Positions 26,879 through 36,349 of a stretch of 64,000 nucleotides of DNA are shown here, in pieces. The DNA is taken from the IMG/VR virus record IMGVR_UViG_3300025849_000011; one strand, given 5' to 3'. The translations under genes and the position numbers were made by a program. The notes beneath the pieces were generated by a model. It saw only the letters and a program-made list of their open reading frames with translations, was not told the origin of the DNA and ran no database searches. Each line of letters begins with the position of its first letter. Position 1 is the stretch's first letter. Origin of the DNA: an uncultured virus (IMG/VR IMGVR_UViG_3300025849_000011) (taxonomy: Duplodnaviria; Heunggongvirae; Uroviricota; Caudoviricetes).

Positions 26879-28087
26879 TCATTTGTTCTTACTATTTATA
26901 TGTTTAAGAAGATCGTTTTTACTTGTTTTATTAGTCTTAATAGAGAAATCTAATGCAGATTGTAAAGCATCACCTATACTCTTACCTTTAAACCCCAATT
27001 GAGAAACATCTTTTCCATTTATAGGTAATTCTTTAACTGAAAGATATTTAACACTTTTTAATTTTGATGATACTGTTGGTTTTCCTATAGCAGTAAGATA
27101 AGCATCAGCAGATTTAATATCGTTATCTTTAGCCCATCCAACTAATTTAACTAAATCCATATCTTTGTATGAAGTTACAGATTGAACTGCTTTTGAATCA
27201 ATATTAGATAGTTTCATTCCAGCCTTGGCGATTTTACCAGCATCTTGTTTATAACTCATCAAAACCATTCCTATAAAAGAACCATAATTTTTAGTTTCTA
27301 GTTTATCTAATGCTTTTAAATTAATGTCTTTAATAGATGCCTTTGGGAATAAATGTTTCATCAATCCACTTTCAAATAAAAGTTTTATACCGATTGATGG
27401 TTTTTTTGATTTGGTGAAAAGTTTTTTAAATTCTTCATTGAATCTATCAGAAGAAACTGATGAAATAGTATGTGCTTGTTTTTTCATTTCCTTGAAAGTA
27501 TTTTTTTCAATTTTAAATTCAAACCTAGCCGCGAATTGAATGGCTCTTAACATTCTTAAAGGATCATCTTCAAATGAAGTAGGACTGATCATACGAATTT
27601 CTTTATTCTTAATATCTTTCATACCCTTGCCATCAGTGTCAATAATCTCTCCAGTATCAACATCTTTAGCCAATTGATTTATCCAAAAATCTCTTCTCAA
27701 CTGATCTTGTTGTAAAGTAATACCTTTTCCTAATTGTACCTCAAAATCTTTATGACCAGCCCCAGTACTCTTAGAGTCAACTCTTGGTACTGAAATATCA
27801 ACATCTTCTTCTTCTGTTGAACCTGTTGGTACAAATTTCAGAATACCAAAAGATTTGCCAACCATATTCACTTTACCGTGAGGCTTTAATATTTCTTCTA
27901 AATCGCTTAGTTCTACACCAACAACGATTAAGTCTAAGTCTTTTGAAACCTTTCCAAGTAGTTCATCACGAACCACACCACCAATTTGATAGATTTTACC
28001 ACCAGCGTTTTTAATAGACTTTCTAACTTTCATAGTTAAAAGTTTTTCTAACATACTTTCATTTAAATGACATATAAAACTTTTCAT
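26879..28087 (-). CDS. cca: Class II tRNA nucleotidyltransferase (CCA-adding type, no HD domain)
   Basis: IGGVVRD.LLG...KDLD, QDQLRRDF.IN, FEDDPLRMLRA..FAARF, ELPINGKDV..LGFKG..IG; leader MKSFICHLNE. Confidence 0.9.
   Translation of the reverse strand: MKSFICHLNESMLEKLLTMKVRKSIKNAGGKIYQIGGVVRDELLGKVSKDLDLIVVGVELSDLEEILKPHGKVNMVGKSFGILKFVPTGSTEEEDVDISVPRVDSKSTGAGHKDFEVQLGKGITLQQDQLRRDFWINQLAKDVDTGEIIDTDGKGMKDIKNKEIRMISPTSFEDDPLRMLRAIQFAARFEFKIEKNTFKEMKKQAHTISSVSSDRFNEEFKKLFTKSKKPSIGIKLLFESGLMKHLFPKASIKDINLKALDKLETKNYGSFIGMVLMSYKQDAGKIAKAGMKLSNIDSKAVQSVTSYKDMDLVKLVGWAKDNDIKSADAYLTAIGKPTVSSKLKSVKYLSVKELPINGKDVSQLGFKGKSIGDALQSALDFSIKTNKTSKNDLLKHINSKNK
26893..26900 (-). promoter_or_regulatory. 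Late promoter TATAAATA
   Basis: Exact consensus at the 3' end of the cca gene. Confidence 0.65.
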
Positions 28088-28097
28088 TTATTATTAC

Positions 28098-28445
28098 CTA
28101 CCAATGCTGGGCGTCTGGATATTTTACAATTGCTCTAACTGCTCTTAATGCTAGTTTTGCAACTTTATCACCTCTATCATATAGTACAACCTCTGTACCA
28201 TTTACAAAATCAGATACATTCACACCTTTACCGATAAGAGTCATCGTTCTGTGTAGATAATCATTTTCATCGTAATTATATTCAAATCCTACTTTACCAC
28301 GTACTTCAACCCACTTGCTGCCTGGTAATGGCCTAATTCTTAGAATACCCATCTTACCTTGCCTAACATATGTCAAAGCATAGGCTTCTTTCTTTTTACG
28401 TTGATTTTTAGTGATTTCTGTTATAAATTTAGAAAAAAGTTTCAT
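28098..28445 (-). CDS. Hypothetical protein, putative internal head protein
   Basis: Leader MKLFSKFITE. Confidence 0.6.
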   Translation of the reverse strand: MKLFSKFITEITKNQRKKKEAYALTYVRQGKMGILRIRPLPGSKWVEVRGKVGFEYNYDENDYLHRTMTLIGKGVNVSDFVNGTEVVLYDRGDKVAKLALRAVRAIVKYPDAQHW

Positions 28446-29002
28446 GATACATAAGGCTTTATTATAGTTTCTATATTCTTAATAATTTTCTTATGCGTAG
28501 GACTCAAATGTTTTCTATCTTTTTTTACAGCGTCTAACGCCAATTTTGTATCGCCAGCATATTTTCTTTGCCATTCTGGTTTCTGCTGCTTAATATCAGA
28601 TACATTAGCAAGTCTATCAGCGAGTTTAATAACTAATGCCCAACTTGTCATGTTAACCATCTTATCTTTTATATACTCACCCTTACCACCTGCTGCTTCA
28701 AGATCATCTTTTTTAGTGGTCAATTGGTCAACAAGATTGGCAACCAACCCACCAAACTGCTTAACTAAGTCGGCGTGTGATAAATCAGTATCTTCTATAG
28801 TATCATGCAAATATGCTGCTTGAACTAATGCAGATAAATTTTTTGATTTTGGTTTAAATTTAGCAACTATTTTGGCAACTTCTTTTGGATGAGCGATATA
28901 TTCACCACCACTTTTTCTAAACTGCCCTTTGTGGGCTTTCGTCGCAGTTCTTAGCGCACTAAGCGCACTTTCATTTATAAGGTGAGATTTGAAACTCTGC
29001 AT
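28442..29002 (-). CDS. SpoT/Mesh1-type HD hydrolase (small alarmone hydrolase)
   Basis: AHKGQFRKSG..YIAHP.EVA, AAYLHDTIEDT, FG..VA.LV..LT, IKLADRLAN; leader MQSFKSHLINE. Confidence 0.9.
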   Translation of the reverse strand: MQSFKSHLINESALSALRTATKAHKGQFRKSGGEYIAHPKEVAKIVAKFKPKSKNLSALVQAAYLHDTIEDTDLSHADLVKQFGGLVANLVDQLTTKKDDLEAAGGKGEYIKDKMVNMTSWALVIKLADRLANVSDIKQQKPEWQRKYAGDTKLALDAVKKDRKHLSPTHKKIIKNIETIIKPYVS

Positions 29003-29422
29003 TTATTTTCTTCCTATATTATACTTGGGACATAGTTCCCAATTATTTTTTTCTTTAAAAGGAATAATCTTAATCTGTCGCAGAGGTGCTAAATTTTTAG
29101 CAACTGATTCATTCTGTATGGAGACTAGACCCCAATCAGACATAAGTGTAGCAATAGTATTTCTACGGCCTATATCGCTTTCTTCTAAGTTTGACTTTTT
29201 TCCATCTAGCAAAAATAATTCTTTAAAATGTACTATAAAGTATCTACCTTGTTTATGAAGGATATGACACGATTGAAATAATTTATTTTCTTTTCTACTT
29301 GATACGCCAATTCTTGTTAATGTTTCTCTTACCTTCAAAAAATCATCAGGTTCATTTAATGTTATCTCTAACATATCATTTGGCGACCAACTTATTATAT
29401 TTGTTTCCTCATTCATTGTCAA
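29003..29422 (-). CDS. regA: Translational repressor RegA
   Basis: DDFLKVRETLTRIG, QSCHILHKQGRYFIVHFKEL. Confidence 0.95.
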   Translation of the reverse strand: MTMNEETNIISWSPNDMLEITLNEPDDFLKVRETLTRIGVSSRKENKLFQSCHILHKQGRYFIVHFKELFLLDGKKSNLEESDIGRRNTIATLMSDWGLVSIQNESVAKNLAPLRQIKIIPFKEKNNWELCPKYNIGRK

Positions 29423-29456
29423 CTCACTTTTTTGTTATATTCATTAATGACAATGG

Positions 29457-29464
29457 TATTTATA
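29457..29464 (-). promoter_or_regulatory. Late promoter TATAAATA
   Basis: Exact consensus upstream of regA and the internal-protein block. Confidence 0.7.
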
Positions 29465-29469
29465 TAATT

Positions 29470-29847
29470 TTAATTTTTACCGCCCTTACGCAACTTAAAT
29501 CTAATATGATCTAAATGCTCTTTAGGAATTAATTTCAAAACTTCTCTCGCCTTTTGATTTGAATATCCATAATACTCCTTAATTGAATCTAAAGCATCCA
29601 TTTTATCAGCCTTAGTCCATTTAGAGAACCGCTTTCTTTTTCTAACAATATTACGCATAAAATCATATTGTAATCTGTTATCAATGTGGTGATGCTTATT
29701 CATCTCATTTGCAGCAAGGATAGTGTCATTAAAATAGGATAATGATCTATTAATGTAGTATGATTTATATGCTTTCTCAGTGATATCATCAACCATAATA
29801 TCGTCTTTGTTATGGTTGATTGAGTTTAAATAATCAAAGTGGTTCAT
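29470..29847 (-). CDS. 62: Clamp loader small subunit gp62
   Basis: Start MNHFDYLNSIN; YYINRSLS, KRKRFSKW, EYYGYS. Confidence 0.9.
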   Translation of the reverse strand: MNHFDYLNSINHNKDDIMVDDITEKAYKSYYINRSLSYFNDTILAANEMNKHHHIDNRLQYDFMRNIVRKRKRFSKWTKADKMDALDSIKEYYGYSNQKAREVLKLIPKEHLDHIRFKLRKGGKN

Positions 29848-30455
29848 AGGTTTTGTATCACTGTTTGCATACGCATTACATCCATTACACAATCATGTCG
29901 CGCATCATGTTTAAAAAACTTTTCTGCACATCCTTCTGGAATATAATCGTTCTTAACATCAGACCCCCAAAGCAAACCATCAAGAAATGATCTTGTATCA
30001 CGAACCATCCAAAATGGATAAGGAACTTTTTTACCAGTATCATTTAAGATACCTTCAAAGAAAGGAATATCAAAAGTATTTCCGCGAGAAAACACTGTTT
30101 TTAGGTTATTGATATTTACATTCTGCACAAAAAAGTTATAGGTTTCGCTAATATCTTTATCATTTTCTGATGGAACCATCACTGCTGCTGTTGTTTCTTT
30201 GGGCTGTTTATTCCACCAATCAAGTGTAGATTTTGAAATCTTACGATCATAAACTTCCACTTGCTTTTTAACATCATATTTAATACTAACACTACTATCT
30301 AAAAGTTCTTCATAACTGTATGGATTATTTGTAAATCTTGCCCTAGAGAAAGTAAGCAGACCTAAAGATAATACAACACCTCTGTTTACATCAACAGAAA
30401 GTGTTTCAAAATCATATATCACACAATCATTTAACCCTTCATAAGCAACACTCAT
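29844..30455 (-). CDS. dexA: DexA-like 3'-5' exonuclease
   Basis: IYDFETL, STLDWW, SRGNTFD, RDTRS, HDARHD. Confidence 0.8.
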   Translation of the reverse strand: MSVAYEGLNDCVIYDFETLSVDVNRGVVLSLGLLTFSRARFTNNPYSYEELLDSSVSIKYDVKKQVEVYDRKISKSTLDWWNKQPKETTAAVMVPSENDKDISETYNFFVQNVNINNLKTVFSRGNTFDIPFFEGILNDTGKKVPYPFWMVRDTRSFLDGLLWGSDVKNDYIPEGCAEKFFKHDARHDCVMDVMRMQTVIQNL

Positions 30456-31417
30456 TCTATGAACTCCACATTTGCCATTATTTCAGTTAGACATGCAACC
30501 GTATTGATTTCTAAATCAGCAACAAAAGCATTCTTATATTGATATTCCGCAAGAATTAGAACAACTTGAGGGATAGCATGAGGTTTGATATGATTTGACA
30601 TTTTATCATAAATTCCTCTAAAGATTGCAGAACTATCAGTATCAATGTTGTTCACCACCCAAGACCGCATTTTCTTAAAATCTTTATCTTTGATGAATTT
30701 TAAGAGAGCATCAATTTCATTGATACCAGTACTATTAGAACCGCTATTACTAAGAACACCACCCACAGATCGTCTTTGTACTTCATTTAAAACCCTTCTC
30801 CAATCAGGAGCATGTTTCATGATAATCTTAACAAGGTCTTGATCTTCAAATTTTACATTCTCTTGTTCAAGAATATTTCTAGCATGTTTAAAAAAATCAC
30901 CACAAAGACTTGCCATTTCTTTTTTGGATGTATTAAATTCATAAACACCACATCTTGAATGAAGTGGTTCAATAATACGATTTTTAAAATTGCATGTCAT
31001 TATGAAACGACAATTATTACTAAATTCCTCTATAAATCCACGTAATGCAGGTTGAGTTGATTGTGGATTGAGATAGTCTGCCTCATCCAAAATTACAACT
31101 TTATAACCACCTTGTAAAGATACAGTAGAAGCAAATTGTTTAATCTTTCCACGTAAAGTGTCAATATTGCCATCCTCAGAACCATTAATAATTATATAAT
31201 CAAGTCCTAAAGTATGACATAACGCTTTGGCTATTGTTGTTTTACCAAGACCAGCAGTTCCAGTAAACAACATGTTTGGAATTTCACTGGTCTTAATAAT
31301 TTGTTTAAATGTTTCTTTTAGATCAGATGGTAGAATAGTCCTCTCAATAGTTTGTGGGCGGTATTTCTCCACCCACAAAAATTCATTATCCAACTTTCGT
31401 TGTAATTCAACATCCAT
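30452..31417 (-). CDS. 44: Clamp loader large subunit gp44
   Basis: LWVEKYRP, GTAGLGKT, ILDEAD, PLHSRC. Confidence 0.95.
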   Translation of the reverse strand: MDVELQRKLDNEFLWVEKYRPQTIERTILPSDLKETFKQIIKTSEIPNMLFTGTAGLGKTTIAKALCHTLGLDYIIINGSEDGNIDTLRGKIKQFASTVSLQGGYKVVILDEADYLNPQSTQPALRGFIEEFSNNCRFIMTCNFKNRIIEPLHSRCGVYEFNTSKKEMASLCGDFFKHARNILEQENVKFEDQDLVKIIMKHAPDWRRVLNEVQRRSVGGVLSNSGSNSTGINEIDALLKFIKDKDFKKMRSWVVNNIDTDSSAIFRGIYDKMSNHIKPHAIPQVVLILAEYQYKNAFVADLEINTVACLTEIMANVEFIE

Positions 31418-31449
31418 AATATAATTGTATCCTTATAGGAATTTACTAA

Positions 31450-31668
31450 CTACTCTTCTGCTTGCTCTTGCTTATAGTTTTCAACAATCTGCACACCTTG
31501 AGTACACTGATCCCTCAACTGTCCAATTGTTGATAGTTCTTCACCACGAAAACCACCACGCTGCGTTACTGTATCAATTACTGCAATCGCACTGCGAGAA
31601 ATTTGATTCATAAGGTCATATGCTTTTTTATGTGGGTCTTCAACTTTTTTATTTTTATCGTCAGCCAT
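31450..31668 (-). CDS. Hypothetical protein
   Basis: 72 aa between genes 45 and 44. Confidence 0.65.
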   Translation of the reverse strand: MADDKNKKVEDPHKKAYDLMNQISRSAIAVIDTVTQRGGFRGEELSTIGQLRDQCTQGVQIVENYKQEQAEE

Positions 31669-31674
31669 TTTTAA

Positions 31675-32361
31675 TTACTCTCCGTAAGTAGATGTTTTTT
31701 CAAGCGCAATCCAATATTGCAATTTAGTTTCAGTATTAGTCAATTTTGAAATCAATTTTGATGAAATCTCCACATCATAATTACCAGTTAAAATTTTCAA
31801 GTTGTTAATGTTATACACAAACTTATAACTACTTGAATTTTCTTCAACAGGAATATCAATAGAAAAAGTATTCGCTGTAGAATTATCAGTTGTCGTTACC
31901 GTCAATTTCGCAAGACCGTCATTTCCACTAGATTCAATGATCAATTCTGAGTGACCTAGTGCCGATGCCGCTCGTTTTAGTTTATTTAATGTATCCATAT
32001 CTAGGCGAAATTTAACGTCACCTTCTGGCATCTTTACATCTTTTGAAGATGTTGTCAGCATGTCTGGATCAGAGAAAAAATACTTGATATTTGATCTACC
32101 AGTAGAATCTCCAATAGTAACATAATCTCCAGAGAAATCTAACACTGGCGTATCAACCAAACCAAGCACTCCAAGGAATTCACTTAGATCATAAATTCCA
32201 AACCTTTGAGGAAAGGTCTGTTCAACTTCTGCTTTTGCCAGAATATTTTTTGCTTCTGAAATAGTTCTGATACTGCTACCATTTTCAATAACAATATTTG
32301 AATTAATAGATGCGAAGTTCTTCAATACTTGAATTGTGGCTTCGCTAATCACTTCTCTCAT
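31675..32361 (-). CDS. 45: Sliding clamp gp45
   Basis: LKNFASIN, FGIYDLSEFL, YWIALE. Confidence 0.95.
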   Translation of the reverse strand: MREVISEATIQVLKNFASINSNIVIENGSSIRTISEAKNILAKAEVEQTFPQRFGIYDLSEFLGVLGLVDTPVLDFSGDYVTIGDSTGRSNIKYFFSDPDMLTTSSKDVKMPEGDVKFRLDMDTLNKLKRAASALGHSELIIESSGNDGLAKLTVTTTDNSTANTFSIDIPVEENSSSYKFVYNINNLKILTGNYDVEISSKLISKLTNTETKLQYWIALEKTSTYGE

Positions 32362-32390
32362 AATTTAATCTCCATTGTTTCATTTCTGCA

Positions 32391-32419
32391 ATTATAACAC
32401 ATAATACTTGAATCGTCAA
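32391..32419 (-). promoter_or_regulatory. Sigma70-type promoter for 45-44-62
   Basis: TTGACG-17-TATAAT. Confidence 0.7.
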
Positions 32420-32423
32420 GCAC

Positions 32424-34139
32424 TTATTTTATTTTACTAAAATTTTTCTTCTTAAAGAATTCTATTTTATTTTCAAATTTTCCATCAAGAATTTCTCCCT
32501 TATGTGAAATTACAAAAACATTAGTATCATCATCAAGAGTATACAGTATTTTCATAAGATTGTCAACACCATCATGATCCAAAGAAGAATCAAAAGTTTC
32601 ATCTAAAATTAGAAGATTGGTTGCTACAGAATTTTTCATCTTGGCGATCATTCTCCAAGTAAACAAAAGTGCTAGATCAATACGTTGTTTTTCACCTTCA
32701 CTGAAAGAGTCGTATGAAAAAGCATCTCTATGCCTTGAACGAATAGTTTCTTGAAAGGATTCATCCAAATCAAAATGAACAAAAAAATCTAATGTCTGTA
32801 AATATTTGTTTACTAAATTATTGATTACAGGCAAGTATTGTTTAATTACTTTAGTCTTTATTCCAGTATCTTTAAGCATTTCTGCCATGGCTGCATTATA
32901 AGTATATGATTCATTTATTTCATACCTTTCATTATTTGAACCATTTTTAACGTCCTCTAATTTTTTTAATTCAGAGGTAGCATTTGACAAATCTCCAGTT
33001 TTTTCAGAAAGTTTATTTAACTCATCTTGGTAAGATTGTACTTGTTTTTGTAGGCGAGTAATTGTATTATTATTGGAAGATATAATTGACAAATTCTGAC
33101 TGACTTTATTTGCCAACTCAGTGTACCGCCCAATAGTATCTTCTACAATAGATGATTCTTTAATTCCATGATCCATTGCTTCTTTAAGTTCTTTTGCTTT
33201 CTTTTGTGCATCATCAAGATTTTGTGATCTAAGTGTTGGATCAATAATCTGAGTACAAGTTGGGCAAGTTTCATTTTTCTCGTAGAATTTTGCCTCTTTG
33301 ACCAATGCTTTTATTTTTGTTTTGAATTGGGCTTGATATTGTAGTAGTGCTTGTTTTTTATCATTAGCACGATTTAATTCCTCTTGCATTGTTTTTTGAT
33401 TTTCATCAATAAACTTCTGACACAATATATTATTGTCTTCCAAAGTATCACACTCAGATATTAAATCAGATATATCAGAATTTCTTTTATCTATAAATTC
33501 CTCATTTAATGTGGTCAAATCTTTGATATATTTCTTCTGAGTTTTTATTTGATTTTCAGTTAAATCAATAGTGTATTTTATATCTTTTAATTTTTCACGT
33601 AACAATGCAGTTTTCTCTTTAAGAATAATATTCATTTTAGAGAAAACATTTATATCTAATAAATCCTCAATAACATCTCTACGATGTTGTGCTGGAAGTT
33701 GCATAAATGGAATAAAAGAACTGCTGCCTAATACTACAATTTGATGAAAAGATTTGTGATTTAGTTTCAAAATATTTTGTTCTAATATTTTTTGATACTC
33801 TTTAGCATGGGATGATTGATCAATCATACTACCATTTGTCCAAATCTCAAAAAGGGTTGGCTTTATCCCACGAACAATTTTAAAGTCTTTACTTCCTATT
33901 GAGAAGGCAACTTCAACCACACAATCTTTATTATTAATTGTATTAACTAATTGAGGTTTGTTTATGCCACGATGAGGTTTGCCAAATAGCCCAAATGATA
34001 TGGCATCCAACATAGTTGATTTACCTGACCCATTTAATCCTACAATGAGAGTAGATTTAGAATTATTTAATTTTATTTCAGTCCAATTATTCCCAGTTGA
34101 TAGGAAATTTTTATACTTCAATGATTTAAATATTATCAT
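32424..34139 (-). CDS. 46: Recombination endonuclease subunit gp46 (Rad50-like)
   Basis: KNFLSTGN, GLNGSGKST, CPTC hook, FSEGEKQRID, LDE. Confidence 0.95.
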   Translation of the reverse strand: MIIFKSLKYKNFLSTGNNWTEIKLNNSKSTLIVGLNGSGKSTMLDAISFGLFGKPHRGINKPQLVNTINNKDCVVEVAFSIGSKDFKIVRGIKPTLFEIWTNGSMIDQSSHAKEYQKILEQNILKLNHKSFHQIVVLGSSSFIPFMQLPAQHRRDVIEDLLDINVFSKMNIILKEKTALLREKLKDIKYTIDLTENQIKTQKKYIKDLTTLNEEFIDKRNSDISDLISECDTLEDNNILCQKFIDENQKTMQEELNRANDKKQALLQYQAQFKTKIKALVKEAKFYEKNETCPTCTQIIDPTLRSQNLDDAQKKAKELKEAMDHGIKESSIVEDTIGRYTELANKVSQNLSIISSNNNTITRLQKQVQSYQDELNKLSEKTGDLSNATSELKKLEDVKNGSNNERYEINESYTYNAAMAEMLKDTGIKTKVIKQYLPVINNLVNKYLQTLDFFVHFDLDESFQETIRSRHRDAFSYDSFSEGEKQRIDLALLFTWRMIAKMKNSVATNLLILDETFDSSLDHDGVDNLMKILYTLDDDTNVFVISHKGEILDGKFENKIEFFKKKNFSKIK

Positions 34140-35197
34140 GCGATTTCAAGTGCCTGTGCTTCAGTCAATAAATTTCTCATTTCAATTTTAATTCTAGACT
34201 TATCTAATTCAGTATCAACATTATCAATGTAACTGTCAAGAAGAGTAGTGGTATCTTCTACAGATACTCCTTCATCACCCACTCTTTCACCTATAAATTC
34301 GTCAAAATTCTCAGCAATTTTTAATTCATGTATTTTTCTATTCGTTATTCTATCACAAAATTGATCAAATGTAAAGGGATTAGATTTATTAATTACGACT
34401 AATTTAACAAACTTATTGTCTAAATAGTCTACATCATAATTACTATAGTCTGTCTTTGTATCGTCATACAATATCTTTTCAAATAATGTGAAAGGATTAA
34501 CTATTGCTTCTAATTCGCGAGTTTCAGTATCTAGTACATGAAAGTGTTTAGGGTCATGAGCGTCTGACCAGAAAAATTCCATTTGAGTACCTAGATAAAA
34601 AATATTATCTTTTTGGGATTTGGTATGATAGTGACCAGATAAAACCATTTCAAATCTTGAAAATTCTTCTTTATCCATACCATGCGTATTCTTAATTCCA
34701 CGCATCATATCAAAACCAGATAATTCTAAGTGACCACCAAGAAATGATGCCTTACAATTTTTCACAAAATTCATAGATTCTTCATAGTTCTCAGAAGTAA
34801 TCCATGGCAATAAACCAATATCTAAACCGCCATAATTCATCACTGTTGGTTTCATAACAATATGAACTTCATTCATATAATGACCCAATAGTTCTTTGAG
34901 CGAATTTAACTCGTTAGTATTTTTAAAATATGTGTCGTGATTACCCGGAATAATATCCATAGTCATGCCACGCTCTCGCATAGGGTTTAGAAAACTCTTG
35001 CGATTGTGTGTCAATGCTCTAAAGTTAATAAACTTGCGATGATCGTAATAATCTCCCAGATGCAAAATTTGCTTGATATTATGATTGTCACAATATGGAA
35101 ATAATATTTCTTTATAAAATTTTGCCGCATTATCTAAAAAAATATCAGAGGCATTTCTTATACCTGTATGCGTATCGTTTAATATTAATAATTTCAT
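34136..35197 (-). CDS. 47: Recombination endonuclease subunit gp47 (Mre11-like)
   Basis: NDTHTG, LGDYYD, GNHD, SGHYH. Confidence 0.95.
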   Translation of the reverse strand: MKLLILNDTHTGIRNASDIFLDNAAKFYKEILFPYCDNHNIKQILHLGDYYDHRKFINFRALTHNRKSFLNPMRERGMTMDIIPGNHDTYFKNTNELNSLKELLGHYMNEVHIVMKPTVMNYGGLDIGLLPWITSENYEESMNFVKNCKASFLGGHLELSGFDMMRGIKNTHGMDKEEFSRFEMVLSGHYHTKSQKDNIFYLGTQMEFFWSDAHDPKHFHVLDTETRELEAIVNPFTLFEKILYDDTKTDYSNYDVDYLDNKFVKLVVINKSNPFTFDQFCDRITNRKIHELKIAENFDEFIGERVGDEGVSVEDTTTLLDSYIDNVDTELDKSRIKIEMRNLLTEAQALEIA

Positions 35198-35790
35198 TCT
35201 AAAAAGTCTTTCAAATCGGAATCAACATTAACTGTTCTTTTTTTCCTTTGTTGTTTCTCAGCCTTACCAAATTCTTTTATTTCTGTGTCGTATTCTTTTA
35301 CTTTGTCAATTCGGTCTTTGAGAACATCAATGAAATGTGTCGCGACACCAGTTGAAGCATCGCCATTTTCAGTAACAAGGAACGCTTCTATACCAGATTG
35401 AGACATATATTTTTCTTTAATATCTTGTTGTTTCTTCTCTTTGGCAATTCTTCTTAGGAATGCATACCAAATGATTTGAGTGAAATAAGCAAAGGCGTTT
35501 GGTTTACCACTTCTAGTAGCAGCATTAATATTATAATTTTCTACTGCCTTTAAACAATTCTCTACTGCGTCCATAACCATTTCTTCACGATAGGTATACC
35601 TAATAAAATTAGATTTATGAGAAAGATTTTCAGCAATTCTTAAAAAACATAATGCCAAATAATTTGGAACTACAGGCAATTCTTCATTATTATCTCTTGC
35701 TTCATTTATAGTTTTAACATATTCTACAATTTTTTCTGAAAATTCGGCATTATTTACATAATGGGTATTTTTTGTTTTGGCCTTTGGCAT
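35194..35790 (-). CDS. 55: Late sigma factor gp55
   Basis: HYVNNAEF, NF..YTYREEM..D, NAFAYFTQI. Confidence 0.95.
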   Translation of the reverse strand: MPKAKTKNTHYVNNAEFSEKIVEYVKTINEARDNNEELPVVPNYLALCFLRIAENLSHKSNFIRYTYREEMVMDAVENCLKAVENYNINAATRSGKPNAFAYFTQIIWYAFLRRIAKEKKQQDIKEKYMSQSGIEAFLVTENGDASTGVATHFIDVLKDRIDKVKEYDTEIKEFGKAEKQQRKKRTVNVDSDLKDFLE

Positions 35791-35815
35791 TCAATTCACT
35801 CCTTGTATTCCTACT

Positions 35816-35844
35816 ATTATACCACAAATAGACGGTAATGTAAA
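35816..35844 (-). promoter_or_regulatory. Sigma70-type promoter for 55-47-46
   Basis: TTTACA-17-TATAAT with extended TG. Confidence 0.7.
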
Positions 35845-35872
35845 GCATAATTATTTTATTTTATTTTAGGGG

Positions 35873-35901
35873 TTGACAGAATCATAAGTTAAGTGTATAA
35901 T
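35873..35901 (+). promoter_or_regulatory. Consensus sigma70 promoter facing antisense
   Basis: TTGACA-17-TATAAT with AT-rich upstream tract; no plus-strand gene downstream. Confidence 0.65.
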
Positions 35902-35926
35902 AAGGAGAATCCTTTATAGGGGGGAA

Positions 35927-36349
35927 TCAATGTTTATAACCTGATGGAAATTTTATAATATTTTCATCGCTGTCAAGCATTTCGTGAAATTTAACTTCTA
36001 AATCTTCCTTTTTATTATATAACCTTTCCATCCAAGTTTCAACATCTAAATCCTCATCCACTTTATTAGTAATGGCTTTGTCAAATTGACTTATTAAATC
36101 CTCGCTAGGTACTGCTATGGCTAATATATGCATATCATTTAATGAAATAAGTTCTTGTGTTTTTTCTTGGAATGAAATCCAAGGCCGAAGCATACCATAA
36201 CTTCTATTCGCATCAATTTCAATTTTACAAATCTGAAGTGCGTGACGAACTATAAGTTCATCATCAGTGATATCTACTATTTCACAAAGTATTTCATCTC
36301 CTGATGACATTTTTATTTGTTTTACTCTTTCAATATCTTTAGCACTCAT
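35927..36349 (-). CDS. Conserved hypothetical protein downstream of uvsW (possible Sm-like fold)
   Basis: IKMSSGDEILC, L.PWI. Confidence 0.6.
   Translation of the reverse strand: MSAKDIERVKQIKMSSGDEILCEIVDITDDELIVRHALQICKIEIDANRSYGMLRPWISFQEKTQELISLNDMHILAIAVPSEDLISQFDKAITNKVDEDLDVETWMERLYNKKEDLEVKFHEMLDSDENIIKFPSGYKH

Noticed and set aside
29844..29892. Longer ORF-track starts for gp62 (also hsp20 at 23676, 22785 and 23291)
   Set aside because: They overlap upstream genes or regulatory hairpins; downstream starts have an RBS or ATGA coupling
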